Positions 31,952 to 48,099 of a stretch of DNA of 64,000 nt are shown in pieces. Below the pieces are notes generated by a model. The model searched no databases and was not told where the DNA came from. It saw only the letters and a program-made list of their open reading frames with translations. This stretch comes from Eledone cirrhosa (lineage: Eukaryota), in contig OZ024749.1 in the NCBI GenBank assembly GCA_964016885.1, positions 4,278,001 through 4,342,000 on the forward strand, read 5' to 3'. Each line of letters opens with the position of its first letter. The stretch's first letter is position 1. The position numbers were made by a program, and so were the translations under genes.

Positions 31952-32355
31952 ATATACTAGGTGCGTTTTTCAAACCCTTTTTATTATAATTTTCCTTATA
32001 TAACGTTAAGAGTACAGAAATTTATCGAACTTTTTTGTCACTATATATATAGATGTATATAGATATATACGAATATAGATATATACATAGAAATCAAATA
32101 GAAGTAGAATAAGTAAGTTTTAGTTTTTGAACTGATATATGTTGAAGTTATATCATATAATAAACACAAGACATTCTAACGGATAGAAAGCTTGTAATCG
32201 TTACAAACATTTCATATATTATAATGACAGTTCTTACACATAATGCCATATATCACGTAACTTGTACACAATATATGAGGCGGGACACAATTTCTCCTAA
32301 AGTTGGGCAATCTGACAAAGCTAGTATTAACACTTTTGCATATTTATATATATAT

Positions 32356-32964
32356 ATGGTGGCTGCCAACGCGCTTTCAAGTACGGCGCCACTACCTTAT
32401 ATCCATGTAGGAGAACCCCTACCGATGCGCTGAACAAGTGTGACTTTTTAGTCCAGCCAACGATTGAAAACTCTAGTACAAACACTACACTTGTGACAAT
32501 TATTGACACATAGTGCCGGGCCCATGGTACCCTGTGATGACAATTGCAGAGAGATCTCCAGATATAAAGTAATGCCTGTGCCGCGAAGATTTTATAGTGA
32601 GCAAAGCACTTCACAAAGCCAGTCCCACACTCTTAACCAAGATGATATTTACCAAAAAGAAGTACAATCAACATCATTGGATACCATCAGGGTTGCAGGT
32701 GTTATATCAGAGTTTTACTTCTCCTAGAATTCTGCCTTGAGAAAGGCTAAGGGGTCATCTCTCCCGGTGATTTTGGATGGCCATTGACTCTTAAGAGCTC
32801 CTTTGCCCTTTGATAGGTTTTGTTTTTAGTTCTGCAGGATGTCCAAAATCACCATCCCCACCAAGAAACCTTGGTGGGGTTACCTATTTAGTCGCCAACG
32901 ACCCGACCATGAGACAGGTTGTACTGGGATACATGTTACCAGTAGCACCAACTTGTGACCTGAC

Positions 32965-32967
<3 letters not shown>
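32356..32967 (+). repeat. Dispersed repeat between TA tracts; homolog at 12137-12662
   Basis: Shared blocks TGCCTGTG..GAAGAT, TTCTCCTAGAA, GGATGGCC.TTG.CTCTTA and GTTACCAGTAGCAC..GTGACC.GACATA. Confidence 0.6.
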
Positions 32968-33012
<45 letters not shown>

Positions 33013-33579
33013 TACGTGTGTTTGTGATACGTGTGTGTTATGGGGGTTGCGTATCTATTAGCATAATACCCGTCGGAATATCGGGGTTATTTGTAAAAGC
33101 TATATTGAATTATAATTACTTGATTGCATCATTATAACTATAGTGTCTGTATCTTCCACTTGCCACTCCGGCCAACGTAATATTTCATTTACCTTCATTT
33201 AAACTAATTATAACAACCTTGTTTCTATATTTTCTGTAAACATTATCAATATTATGCGGTTAATTGGCAGAATCGTTAGAAATTCAGATAGAAAGCTTTG
33301 TGGAATTCCTGGGACCCCTCTGCTCTCTGTCTTCAAATCTCGCCGACGTCAACATTGCTTTTCATCGATTCATGTTGGGGAACAAATCAACAGTGATTCT
33401 TTGCTTGCAAAGTTGTTTTTTTTTCAGACAGTAGAAGGCTGGTTACACAATTTCTCTGTTTAGTACTAAATGTGTACGGACATGGAAGAGCCGAACTCCC
33501 ACTGTCATCACCTCCATCTTTCTCGCCCTCTCCATCACACTGTATTATAAGCAAATGGTATCCCACGTGGTGGCTGCTG

Positions 33580-33833
33580 CACGTCACCGGCTGACAGATG
33601 GTGAAGGTGTTTCTCCGGAGGATAGTAAGGCAGATGCGCTGAAAGAGCCATTCCATCTCGTGAGACTCGCACCTGCAACTAGCCGGCTCAGCGCCTATGG
33701 TCGTATGTAGGGAGTTAACCGTAAGGCCAAGGAAACCAGAAGTCTCCACTGCCAGTGGCACGACTGCAAACTTGTTGGAGAGTTTGCTCGAAGTACAGCA
33801 GAGCCTGGATTTGTGTCTCTTTGTCCCATCCAC
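33580..33833 (-). pseudogene. CRE-like non-LTR retrotransposon C-terminal restriction-like endonuclease remnant
   Basis: VPLAVETSGFLG...EMEWLFQRICLTILRRNTFTI matches the typical P.AVET.G..G / QRIS.A..RGN C-terminus. Confidence 0.65.
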
Positions 33834-34097
33834 TCTCTCCCTTTCTCACCTCTTATCTGTAAGTAATGTGCTGTATTCAGACGAGGAGAGGATTGGGTGA
33901 CAAATGTTTACAAACGTCGTATCTCAATATGGTGCTCCTACGACACCCTTGGGAGTCACGGGGCCATGCATCCGTTTCTAAATATATTTTCATTAAATTA
34001 TGATTAATTTATTCTGATTTCGTATAAATCTTTGAGCCGTTATTGTGTTTAGTATTGTTGTTCATGGGGAAATAAACATCAAGAAGTAGCTATAGAC

Positions 34098-34538
34098 CAG
34101 GGTTTCCCAACCTGGGCGATATCGCTCACAGGTGAGCGATTTCAACTATCGGGTGGGCGATGAACGATTTTTTAGGAAATGGTGGGCGACCTAAAATGTT
34201 GGTGAGCGACATGGATTTTCAGTAAGTAAGTATGTTATTGATCATATAATGGCAGGCATACTGTAATCACAGAGCTCGGATTCGTTCTTCCCTAGTCTAG
34301 ACACGCTGAGCTTTCATTAAGAAACTTTTAGCAATAAAAAATGTCATTCTTCTGCATAACGTTTTAACTCCAAATCCCCATTTTACAATATTTCATCTCA
34401 ATAAATATTTCATTTTTTAAGCAACCGTTCTGAATAATGCTTAATTTTGGCGTACTTAAAATTACTGCACAGGTGGGCGATGGGAATGTTTGTGTGTGGA
34501 AAAGTGGGCGATAACGATAAAAAGGTTGGGAATCCCTG
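34098..34538. mobile_element. hAT (Charlie-like) non-autonomous DNA transposon, 441 bp
   Basis: TIRs are CAGGGTTTCCCAACCT / AGGTTGGGAATCCCTG. The 8-bp TSD is CTATAGAC / CTATAGAG. Subterminal GGGCGA repeats are present. Confidence 0.85.
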
Positions 34539-35035
34539 CTATAGAGAGTCAGGCAGACAGATAGGTAGGTAGAGAAATAGATAGGCAGATCATGTTTCAT
34601 ACTTCGAAGTGCCATATTTAATTACGTATGTATAAAACATATTTTAATTTATTGTAGTTATACTTTGTGTGCTGATCAGTGTATCGTCTTCTCGGTGTGT
34701 TGATTTCTCTCTTTCTTTCTATATGTCTTTCAATCTCTCTTTCTCGCTCAACCGTCTCATATAATCACATCTTTCGCTCGCTTACAATACATGCTTTCAT
34801 GCCACCCTTGCTAATTTCAATTTCCCCAATACAAGGAATACAACAAAGACAGAGCCAGTTATATATGTGTATTTGATGTCAAAGTTGGCAAAATAACCAT
34901 CCTCAAATATAACAATACACACACACATTACCCAGTCACGCACACACTCGCACACACACTCACCCACACACACACACCACACACACACACATATATATAT
35001 ATAAGAACAAAAGATGGTTAAAAGAGTTCCATGTA

Positions 35036-35102
35036 TTTTATTATGCACATTTCAAAAACAAATATTATCATGCAATAATATTTGTGTTTTCATCAGATAA
35101 AA
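35036..35102 (-). ncRNA. Hammerhead ribozyme, same family as 27168-27234
   Basis: Minus strand: UUUUAU-CUGAUGA-(AAACACAAAUAUUAU..AUAAUAUUUGUUUUU)-GAAA-UGUGCA-UA^AUAAAA. Flanks are homologous to 27150-27290. Confidence 0.7.
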
Positions 35103-35774
35103 CAGGAAGACATGATATGAAGGTTAAACAACACTTGTGGATAGTGCAGTTTTAAATCAACATATATATATATATATAACCAAAGATTAGTATGGTTCGT
35201 TGATTACTCAATGAATACAATTTTACAATAGATTAGATGCACTCAACAAAGAAGTTTTCCTGGAGTTTTTAATATTATTCAAAATATTAACAATTGAAAA
35301 ATATTCTCATAATAAAAATATAGACTTTATTTATATATTTCAAAGGTACTGTGATGTTTGGCCCACGACCACAATATAATGAAATCGATTCTCGTCAACA
35401 CACTGTAGTTCGAGAATACACATATCCGGAGATGGATTTCTATCTGTAATTCAGAAGGTCAACTGAGTCTATTTGGGCCTCCAAGGGAATCTAAAATCCT
35501 TCAGGTAAGTATGAAATATATTACCTCGTAATACTCAATTCGGACTGAGGCTGTACTATCACGGGTATATGTGGCTCTATGTTTGTTCTATATAGTGATT
35601 TGTAGATTCATTGTTCTGTGAATTGCCATTAAGGGGAAGATATATTGTTTGCTAGAGTGGTATATAATTTACTCAAAGCTGAATATTAAGCATTCATTAT
35701 TAAGGGTTCTTGTTCCTATTCCTCAGGCAGACTTACATTTCCCTACAACTTCGCCACCAATTACTCTTCATTTT

Positions 35775-35793
35775 CACACACACCCACACATAT

Positions 35794-35868
<75 letters not shown>

Positions 35869-36056
35869 TATATATATATATATATATATATGTATACATA
35901 TATATGTATATATGTATATGTATATTTATATATATATATATACATGTATACATATATATATATGTATTTATATATATATATATATTTATATATATGTATA
36001 TATATACATATATATATACGTATATATGTGTATATATATATATATATATATACGCA

Positions 36057-36129
<73 letters not shown>

Positions 36130-36158
36130 ATACATATATATGTATATATATATATGTA

Positions 36159-36211
<53 letters not shown>

Positions 36212-36213
36212 AC

Positions 36214-36251
<38 letters not shown>

Positions 36252-36284
36252 ATATGTATATATATACATATATATATATACGTA

Positions 36285-36369
<85 letters not shown>

Positions 36370-36374
36370 GCATA

Positions 36375-36433
<59 letters not shown>

Positions 36434-36460
36434 GCATATATGTGTATATATATATATATA

Positions 36461-36503
<43 letters not shown>

Positions 36504-36514
36504 GCATATATGTG

Positions 36515-36559
<45 letters not shown>

Positions 36560-36590
36560 GTACATATGTGTATATATATATATATATAAT
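35775..36590. repeat. Long compound (TA)n microsatellite (similar tracts at 14025-14440, 42180-42630, 45695-46370, 46695-47430, 54850-55465, 56230-56550)
   Basis: Seen directly in the sequence. Confidence 0.95.
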
Positions 36591-36949
36591 TATTGGTTGC
36601 ATCGTTTCCTTGCCGCTAGCTCATGTTTTATTTTGCAGTGATTATCTAATGACCACCATTGTCTAATACTTTCCCGCAAGTGAGGTACCCGAATTCCATC
36701 GCTGATTTTTCAATACCCAACTCTCTCTCTCTATCTATCTATCTATATATCTCTCACACGCACTTTATTTCTCTCTCTCTTTCTTTCTCTCCCTCTCTCC
36801 ATGTATCCCTGCTCTACCCCATATGCACTTTCTATTTCCCCTCTTTCTCTTTCTGACACGCTCTTAATTTCACTCTCTCTCTCTCCCCAATTTCTCAATC
36901 TGCCTCATTTTATATGCTATATTTCAGCAGCTATTGATTTTACTATTAG

Positions 36950-37005
<56 letters not shown>

Positions 37006-37816
37006 ATAATAATAAATATATATATATATATATATATATAGTAATAATAATAAATATATATATATATATATATATATAGTAATAATAATAAATATATATA
37101 TATATATATATACATATGAATATATATATGTATATATATATATAAATATACATACATATGTAATATACATACGTATGTTGATATTTTTCTTCAAGTAATT
37201 ATAAGTTTAAGTGCCTCGAAAATATACGCATTACATTACCCATGCATGCAACGTATACGTACACCAATAAAATCAAGCGGTCGGCTGTCGAAGAAACAAC
37301 ATCAAGCGTTCGAACTTCCTGCTTCCTGAAAAGAGCCTTCTTTTCTTTGGAACTTTCATTAATTTCAAATTTGTATAGGTTTTGCCGTCTATAGAACTCA
37401 CGCTATCGTATCTCATAATCCGCAGATATAATAATAGATATTTGGATAAAACTCATTCAACTGATTAATGCATGCTGTCCTGTAATAAAGATTGTTTCTA
37501 CTTTAGGCACAAGGCCAGCAATGATCCAGTGCATTACTGGTACTTTATTTTATAATGCATGCTATCCTGTAATAATAATTGTTTCTACTTTAGGCACAAG
37601 GCCAGCAGTCACTCAGTGTATTACTGGTACTATAATTTATCGACCCCGTAACGATGAAAGGCAAAGGTAACGTCGGAGGGATTTGAACTCAGAGTGGAAA
37701 GGGCCGTAACTCTATGCATGAAAGCATGACGTCCGACACTCTACCGATACTGCCAATCCATCGTATATATACACACACACACACACACATATATAATATA
37801 TATATATATACATATA

Positions 37817-37877
<61 letters not shown>

Positions 37878-38566
37878 GAATAAAGTTAGTCCTTCATCAG
37901 TGATCTTCCAACCATCATTGGTATTTCATCGCTTTAAAGACCATATACCGCCGGTTGGTGCGTACAACGGCAAAGAAAGTCGTTGGGACATGTAAATAAA
38001 GGGAACAGCGAGAGTGTAAACAAATAAAGATGGTGAAGCAACGAAAAGTGAGGAAGACCGAGTCAAGTCCCAAATTTCCATGAATATAAGTTCGGTGAAA
38101 TCGTGAACGAGAGAGAATAAAGACCATCAAACCTGGTTGAAATGTGAGCAAGGAAAGAATTTCGCACAGGTCTAACGGGAGGAAGAAGGGGTCTAGTCCG
38201 TGAATTCGGTAAAGATAAGTTCTGTGAAATCATAGACGAGAGAGAGAAAAAATTTCAACCGGCCTGGCCAAGCCTGCGAAAGAAAAGAATTACGCACAGG
38301 TCAAACGGGAAGAAGGAGCAGGAGGAGAGGTAGTAACAGAGAGTGAGTGAGTGAAGGGTGAGGAACAGACTAACAGAGAGAGAGTGACTGTTAGAGAGGG
38401 TAAAGATACAGAGAAAGAGGTCCTTACGGGTTCGATAACATAAAGTACAAATAATGTACTGGGTAATTACTGGTCTTGTGCCAATAGTAAAAACAATTGT
38501 ATATATATATTATATATATATGTACACAGTATATATTTTTATGCATGTATATATATATAGTATAAA

Positions 38567-38599
<33 letters not shown>

Positions 38600-38655
38600 T
38601 ATGTATTTGTTGCTGTTTATATTTGTGTGAGTGTGTAGTATACATACTAATTTGG

Positions 38656-38716
<61 letters not shown>

Positions 38717-39179
38717 ATGTATATATATGGATATATATATATATATACGGATATATGCTGTATAACAATAGGAAGTGATGTATTCGTTCATTAGCTAGAC
38801 AGGGTGCACTTCAGTTAATTATATCTTATTCAAGTAACATTGGCCAGTATCAACTTCATTCTCTAGATATTCAATACTACTGGTGAAAGCGAATATTTAT
38901 TAAATAGAGAATGAACATTATTTACCTATACACGGCAGTTATTTTTCCTGACACAGGCATATTATCGCAATATGCATATTGAAGGCACAATAATTCTAGT
39001 TGTCATTTATTGAAAATGTTTTCTGTTTGTCTCTTTCTCTAGCAGTCTCTCTGTCTTACTCTGTATATATATATATATATATATATAGGAACGAGTAGGA
39101 CCCCGACGGCTGAGCTCAAGCCGTTTCGACGGCTAATTCTGGACTATGGTCCACCTGGTTCCTTACCACATTTCCTTCG

Positions 39180-39249
<70 letters not shown>

Positions 39250-39462
39250 ATGCTTTGGGAGGGTCATGTTGTCAATAAGTTTCAACACACGATTTCAGAT
39301 AAAGAATCTTGCTAAACAAATTCAGAAACGAAATATATATATATATATATATATATATATCTGTGTGTGCGTATATATCACATGCACACACACACAATTG
39401 GCACAAGGCTGGACTGGGGATGGCCCGCCCATTCCGATTAATTGTAACGGCAGGCCATCCCC

Positions 39463-39525
<63 letters not shown>

Positions 39526-40055
39526 GTTTCTACTTTTGGTACAAGGCCAGCAAACAAACTTGTGTATTACTGGTACTTTATTTTAACGACCCCGCAATGA
39601 TGAAAGGCAAAGTTAACCTCGGCGGGATTTGAACTCATAATGGAAAATGCCCTAACACTTTGCGTCAAAGCATGGCATCCGACCCTCCACCGAGAATACC
39701 AATCCACCGCCTATGTATATATATATACATAATGTTAAGTATATATGTAGAAAAGGTAAAGGAAAGAAGTGTGCTCTATGTATAATACTAAATATCATCT
39801 GATGAACGAAATCAGACGTCTCTGTCAGAATCGTCTAATCCTTGGGCTATGGAGTAATTATATTCTGTTGTTTAATTCATAATTAAACATATATATATAT
39901 ATAAAATTCACTCACGTCGACGTTACTATTTACCAACCGATCTCCAAGTTTGTCCACTTAATACACACGTGTTTCTTTTCTCCCCATTTTTTCTCATATT
40001 CCCAATTCTTCCTCTCATTAGTCTCTACTTTCTATGTATTTTCCTTTTCTACCTC

Positions 40056-40095
40056 TATCTTCTGATGAAGGACTAGTGTCCGAAACGTGAACACT
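40056..40095 (+). ncRNA. Degenerate minimal hammerhead (PLE pLTR type)
   Basis: CTGATGA-A-GGAC-TAGT-GTCC-GAAA-CGTG. The cleavage site and stem I are imperfect. Related 5' halves occur on the minus strand at ~31271-31285 and ~37887-37905. Confidence 0.45.
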
Positions 40096-40188
40096 CGCTT
40101 CCTATTATTTCAAACTGTGAACTAATATATTTCTTCCATGTAATGATCTGTTATTTTTGTTTGACTTTCTTACACACAATGACATACC

Positions 40189-40272
<84 letters not shown>

Positions 40273-41203
40273 AATTAATAAAAGCAATGAATAAAAACAA
40301 AGAACAAGTTCCTTATATTAAAAAGTCATCATTTTATGATCATTTCTAGGATATATATGTGTGTTGTTATGTATCTCATATAGATCTATGTAAAAATATT
40401 ACAAATTATCAGAGGAAATATACATACATTCACATATATATATGCTGTCTTCAGATATATATATATGTGTGTGTGTGTGCGGGTGCGTGTGTGTGTGTGT
40501 GTAGTCCCTCAGTGTTTCATCCTGTCTCTTCAGTATGTCCAATCTGATGGCGACGGGATTTGAACTAATATGGGAAAGATCCGGAAAACAGCGAAAGTAC
40601 TAACGCGTTAAATGACTTGTTCGAAAATATAACTTAATCGCTATAACTCACACGTGTCTGATCGATCAGAGCTGATTGGGAGCAAACAAAGATAGAATCC
40701 AATACCTTTATTTGACATTTTAAAATGCCAACAGTACCTATTATCATATTTTATTAGAAATAATGTGTTTAATCTCTCATTAGTGAATCTAATCCTATTT
40801 TGCTCAGCATTGAACTTATAACGATATATTTAGTTTTGCTAACCAAATTAAAGATAATTGTTAGAGGAGAAAAAAAAACATTTATAGAATGCCTTGTAAT
40901 TTCATTCGTTGATATCATAAATTCTATAAATTCGTATTTAACGGCGAGGATAATTTTAACGAGCGCCCGAAGTAGTAATGCAGTAAATATATAAGCTATT
41001 CTACGGTCAGTCAACTTATGTTCATTCGGGTGTAGAATTGACGTGCATCGATGTACATTCTGCTTGGAAGAGATAGTTAACTGCTATAGGAATAGAAATG
41101 CTTATATTGCCTATCTTTCACACTGCATATGGAGACAGTTGTGTACAAATACATACATACACACCAACACTCGCGCAACCATATATGTGTGTGCATTCGT
41201 ATG

Positions 41204-41238
<35 letters not shown>

Positions 41239-41339
41239 GCATGCATAGATACGCATACATACACCCACACAGACACATGTATGTGTATGCACATATAGAC
41301 ATATAATCATCTGCGCACGCGAGTCCTGTGGAAGGTATT

Positions 41340-41396
<57 letters not shown>

Positions 41397-41489
41397 TATA
41401 TATATATATATGTGTGTATAAAGAGAGAAAGAGAGAGATATTTTGATGAGTATGTGTGAACGCATAATACGGCACATATACCTTTAAGC

Positions 41490-41546
<57 letters not shown>

Positions 41547-42222
41547 ATATAGAGAGAGAGACGTAGAGAGAGAAGGAGATAGTTACAGGCAGAGAGAGAG
41601 AGAGACAAATGGATATAAGATAAACCTGGTTAGTTTGCCAAATTGGGAAAATAATCTCTAAATTTGATAGCTTTCCAATTAGAAAGAGAATCATCAAAAG
41701 CGAGTGCCTCCCCATACAACCGAGCTTTCACCCTTCTATCACCGTTCACTGTTCGCTTGTATCCCTCCCTATTTCTTTGATTCGTTGCCTGCCTGGTCAC
41801 AACGCTATAAAATTCAGCTGAATGTTACGACAAGGTATCTTTCGTTTTATTCCACGTTTGAAGCCATAGCATATAGTTTATTGTTATTATATACAAGACT
41901 TATGTGGTAGACCTTAACGAAGTTCACAATGAAGGTAATCGCAATTCGGAATAACAAGCCATGCAGAAAGCAGAAATTTTGGCAAAGGCTATGCAATTTA
42001 CGCATTTCAATAAAAGAGTGTTGGTACTGAAGCTAAGGAAAGCTTTAGGAATACATATAATGAAGAATATAACGTGGACTAGTAGGAGGAACGGGGAAAT
42101 ATGAACGTGATCTATAGTCCCCCACCCCTCACTATTTCTACACACACACACACACACACCCACACGCCCACACACAAACGCACATATATATATGCATGTA
42201 TTTATATATACAAATATATATT

Positions 42223-42310
<88 letters not shown>

Positions 42311-42426
42311 TATATTATATATATATATATATATGTACATATATGTACATATATTATATATAAATATATATATATGTACATATATGTACATATATTATAT
42401 ATATATATATATGTACATATATGTAC

Positions 42427-42504
<78 letters not shown>

Positions 42505-42556
42505 TATATGTACATATATTATATATATATATATATATATATGTACATATATGTAC

Positions 42557-42604
<48 letters not shown>

Positions 42605-43386
42605 CATGTATTTATAATATAAATATATGTATACGAACATTTCTATAGGATTTCAATGATTAAAATAAAAGTGTGTATAAGTGACTTCATTATTTTCTTT
42701 CCGTTGGCTTATTTCCTTTCGTTATAAATCCGATAGACTAACAACTCCCGAGAAAACAAACAGTTTTACTGTCTATATCAATGCTATTTTCCAATTCCAG
42801 CGTTATATTTGGGTCATTGGATAGTCGCTCTAGCCAATTAAAATATATTAAATTTCCTTTTATTTTTATACGTGTATGATATATAATTAATTAGGTAAAT
42901 GCCATGAGAGACCGATGTCTCGCAATATATCATCATCAGGTTGATCATATTTAACGTCCAGTGTCCTTGCTAGCGAGGTTTGGACGGGTTTCACCAGACC
43001 TGTCAATATCTAAACACGGGGAGTACCATGAGTACCAAACGGGGAGTACCATGATAAATGTGCCCCCAAACGTTGAGAAATTAGGCAAAATGAGGAAATT
43101 TAAACAATGAAAGCTATACACATTTTCACAAGTGATGACATCCCTTACCCACATCAAAGTGGCTGCGAGATCTCCATGCTGGACGGCGAGAGTTGACAGG
43201 TCTGCCTCAAACACTAGTTAAGTACTGATGCGGAGCTATGGACCTCCCAAACAGCACGTGTGTTCACATCGCACTTACGGTTCCACGTTCTACCAATTTA
43301 TCGTGACAGCAGCACTAAAGAGATCGTCATGTCTTTGACACAAATGTAACACATTTTTTGTTTGGTATTGTATATTACTATTAGTT

Positions 43387-44720
43387 GCGGTGAATTGGCA
43401 GTATCGGTGGAATGTTGGACATGCTTTCCACCATAGTTATGTTCCTTTACGATCCGAGTTCAAATCCCACCGAGGTTAACTTTGCCTTTCATCATTACGT
43501 TGTCGATAAAGTAAAGTATCAATTATGTCCTGGGTAATTGCTGACCTGGTTCCAACAGAAGAAACATTTATTAGTTGCAGTAAATGCGGTGGATTAATAG
43601 TATCACTAGAGCGTCGGACAACCTGCTTTAAGGCAGAGAGTTACGGCTATTTACGTTCTGGGTTCAAGTCCCACCGTTGTTGGCTTTACCTTTCATCCTT
43701 GCGGGGATAAAATAAAGTACCAGCAACGCACTCGTGTCGTCTTTCCACTCGCCCAAAAATTGCTATCATTGTACCTCTAGAGGAAATCATTATTAGTAGC
43801 TGGATTGACAGTATCAGTAGAGCGTCAGACACCATGTGTTGCAGCACAGAGTTATGACCCTTTACGTTCTGAGTTCAAATCCCGCCGAGAATAGCTTTTC
43901 CTTTTATCATTACGAGGTCGTTAAAATAAAGTACCATTAATGCACTGGGGTAATTGCTGGCCTTGTGCCAAAAGTGGGAACAATTATTATTAGTTGTAGT
44001 ATTAATATTAGCTGGGTGCAACAATTGGGCGGACGGAGTCGCGACAGGAATCGAAGGTGCTGGTTGCCAGGTTATCTGTGGCGTCCCAACGGTCCAATAA
44101 CCCACGGGACAGATGAGCTGAGATGAGTATTATTAGTATTATGGCCAAAGGGTTGTGAATTGGCAGTATCGGTAGAGGATCTGACAACATGCTTTGCAGC
44201 AAAGAGTTACGGCCCTTTATAGTCTGAGTTCAAATCCCGCCGAGGTTCACTTTGCCTTTCATCCTTACGGGGTCGATAAAATAATTGATGCTACTTTTGG
44301 CACAAGCCATTACTGGTACTTTATTTTATCGACCCCGTAAGGATGAAACGCAAAGTAAACCTCGGCGGGATTTGAACTCAGACCATAAAGGGCCGTAACT
44401 TTTTGAATGTACCAGTAATGCACTAATTAATTGCTGGCCTTGTGCCAAATGTAGAGACTTGGACAAAATATTTTGGATTATGAGTTCAAATCGCGGCGAG
44501 GGTAAAAACGCCTTATATTCATTCGGTAATGATAGGATTTAGTACCAGTCACCTACTGGGATCAATTTAAGTGAATGTCCCTCCACACAGTCATCTACCA
44601 ACCATTCCAGTTGTCTCAGTTGCAGTTTTAATGTATCTCATAGGCACAAGGCCGGCAATGTTCAAGGAGAGGAATATTGATTATATCGACGCCAGTATAA
44701 CATTTCTATTTCAGTTTATT
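43387..44720. mobile_element. Cluster of tRNA-derived SINE copies (Nin-like core) in both orientations
   Basis: Repeated TGGCAGTATCGGTAG (A box), GAGTTCAAATCCC (B box), GCCTTTCATCCTTACGGGGTCGATAAAATAAAGTACCAGT and the tail TTGCTGGCCTTGTGCC. Confidence 0.8.
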
Positions 44721-45691
44721 GTACCCGTCTGTGTGTGTGTGCTTGAGTTTATATATAAGCGTGTGTTTCTATGTGTGTGTGTTAGTGTGTGTGTTTAACC
44801 TCCGCCGATTTAGACCACGTGTATTCCAGTTGCTCGACAAGAGATGCGGCCTTCAATCGAAACTAATATATATGTTGTTTCGAATTTCAGTCACAATATT
44901 AACGTAGTTCTCGGGGAGATCCAACGAGGTTTAGTGTATTAGAGGTACATTTCGGTTTTTTTCGGGCGATTTTGTTTAAATTTCTTCAACTGAGGCACTG
45001 TAAGACATAATTGTTTTTACTTTTGGCACAAGGCCAGCAATTATCCCAGTGTATTACTGGTGCTTATTTTATCGACCCCGTAAGGATGAAAGGCAAAGTT
45101 AACTTCGGCGGGATTTGAGACACAACATAACGCATTGGAATCGAAATCAGATATTCAATATCGTATACCGAACAGTCCAACGTGTTATGGGATACCTGGA
45201 GTTTGGCTAACAATTTCAATTGAAATTGCATCAGGTTATCACTCTCCGTAAGGTGTCATCAATTAATCTAAGTAATCGAAAATAAAATCAATATTGTATT
45301 TCATTTTTATTTAATATTCAACGCTATTAATTTTGTTTCTTACACAGTCGTGAAACATAGATAATCGATGAGGTATTTTACTTATTATATCAAGACTGGT
45401 ATTCGTAGCCAATAGCTGGTTTAAATTAATTGGTTGCAAGCAACAGACTACTATATATTGGAGTGACAATAGGAATGTGAAGTGTAGATTAACAAGTTTC
45501 CATAGAGCTATTCAACATGACAGAAATAATTGGCACCAGCATGGAGATCCGTTTGTCTGCTTCCTTTGACCAGTCGATAATAATAAAAATAATAAAAATA
45601 ATGAAATTCAAATTCATTAAAACGAATCCAATAGACAGCTACCTGGTATGTGAGTAGTTACACGTCTGTGTCTGTATGTGCGTGCATGGGA

Positions 45692-45857
<166 letters not shown>

Positions 45858-45928
45858 GAGTATATATATATATGTATATATATGTATGTATGTGAGTATA
45901 TATATATATGTATATATATGTATGTATG

Positions 45929-45993
<65 letters not shown>

Positions 45994-45998
45994 GTATA

Positions 45999-46036
<38 letters not shown>

Positions 46037-46042
46037 TGTGTG

Positions 46043-46074
<32 letters not shown>

Positions 46075-46084
46075 TGTTTGTGTG

Positions 46085-46116
<32 letters not shown>

Positions 46117-46246
46117 TATGTGTGTGTATATATATATATATACCTATATATATATATATATGTATGTGTGTATATATATATATGTATATATATATCTATA
46201 TATATATTTGTATATATATATATATGTATATATATATCTATATATA

Positions 46247-46369
<123 letters not shown>

Positions 46370-46705
46370 ACTGTATAAATGTGCAAGAATGTATATATGT
46401 ATGAATAAATGTATGTGTGTAATTTCGAATCATTTAATTACATCCATACATTACAAGGTCGGGCAACGACGCTCGGATATACATGGAAGTTGTGAATAGA
46501 TATCAATAATAGAGAATTCTAGGATCGATATTGTGGCATCCGTGAAATGGATGGAAAACAGGTAGAAATAATATGGAAGAGGAGACTTGCAATTTTAAGG
46601 AAGTGTACATTGGCTAATTATATACGTTTAGATATATCAGCACGGCAAAATCACATAACAGCATATAATCTGACAGACTCACACACATACAAACACGTAT
46701 ATATA

Positions 46706-46759
<54 letters not shown>

Positions 46760-46969
46760 AATATATATATATGTATACATATATATATATAAATGTATAT
46801 ATATGTATACATATATATATATATATAAATATATATGTATACACATATATATATATATATATATATATGTATACATATATATATGTATACATATATATAT
46901 ATGTATATATATATATATATGTATATACATATATATATATATGTATATACATATATATGTATACATATT

Positions 46970-47010
<41 letters not shown>

Positions 47011-47085
47011 GTGTGTGTGTATATATATATATATATGTATATACATATATATATATATGTATATACATATATATGTATACATATT

Positions 47086-47126
<41 letters not shown>

Positions 47127-47275
47127 GTGTGTGTGTATATATATATGTGTGTGTATATATATAAATATGTGTGTGTGTATATATATATGTGTATATATAT
47201 AAATATATGTGTGTATATATGTATATATATGTGTGTATATATGTATATATATATATGTGTATATATATGTATATA

Positions 47276-47329
<54 letters not shown>

Positions 47330-47350
47330 TACATACATATACATATATAC

Positions 47351-47426
<76 letters not shown>

Positions 47427-47641
47427 GAGCGTGTGTGTGTGTGCGTCCTTTGGCTAAGTGTGAAATTGTTGCGCTCTAACAATAGACTTGCTCTGTCAAA
47501 GGATCTATTCATTGAAAATACAATATATACTGGTCAGAAATCTAGTCGAATATATATATATATATAGTGGTGTGTGTGCGTGTGTGTATACATGTGTGTG
47601 TATATATGTGTGTGTGTATAAATATATACATATATATATAA

Positions 47642-47696
<55 letters not shown>

Positions 47697-47708
47697 CACA
47701 TATATATG

Positions 47709-47746
<38 letters not shown>

Positions 47747-48099
47747 TATATATACCTATGTATGTGTATATATTTATAATGTGTATGTATGACTATATAT
47801 AGTGTATGATGTATTATAATGTGAGAGGAAACTGTCGATGCTATCGATCAGAGAATGACAGTCTTCTGATAATGGCTTGTGGAATAGCAGACATTCCATA
47901 ATCTCTATTGATACAGCAGAAACATATAACAAACGTTATGTAGACACGCACACGCGCATACACAGTCTCTTTTACACACACACATACACCCACACGCACC
48001 TAACACTCAGACACACACATATATGTATATATATATATAAGTATTTATGTATATATATATATATATATGATATATATATACATATATATATATATATAT

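Noticed and set aside
35649-36666. Long ORFs rich in YI/IY/HT/CV (also at 45676-47567, 54790-55918 and many others)
   Set aside because: These are translations of (TA)n, (CA)n and (TG)n microsatellites, which lack stop codons. They are not genes.
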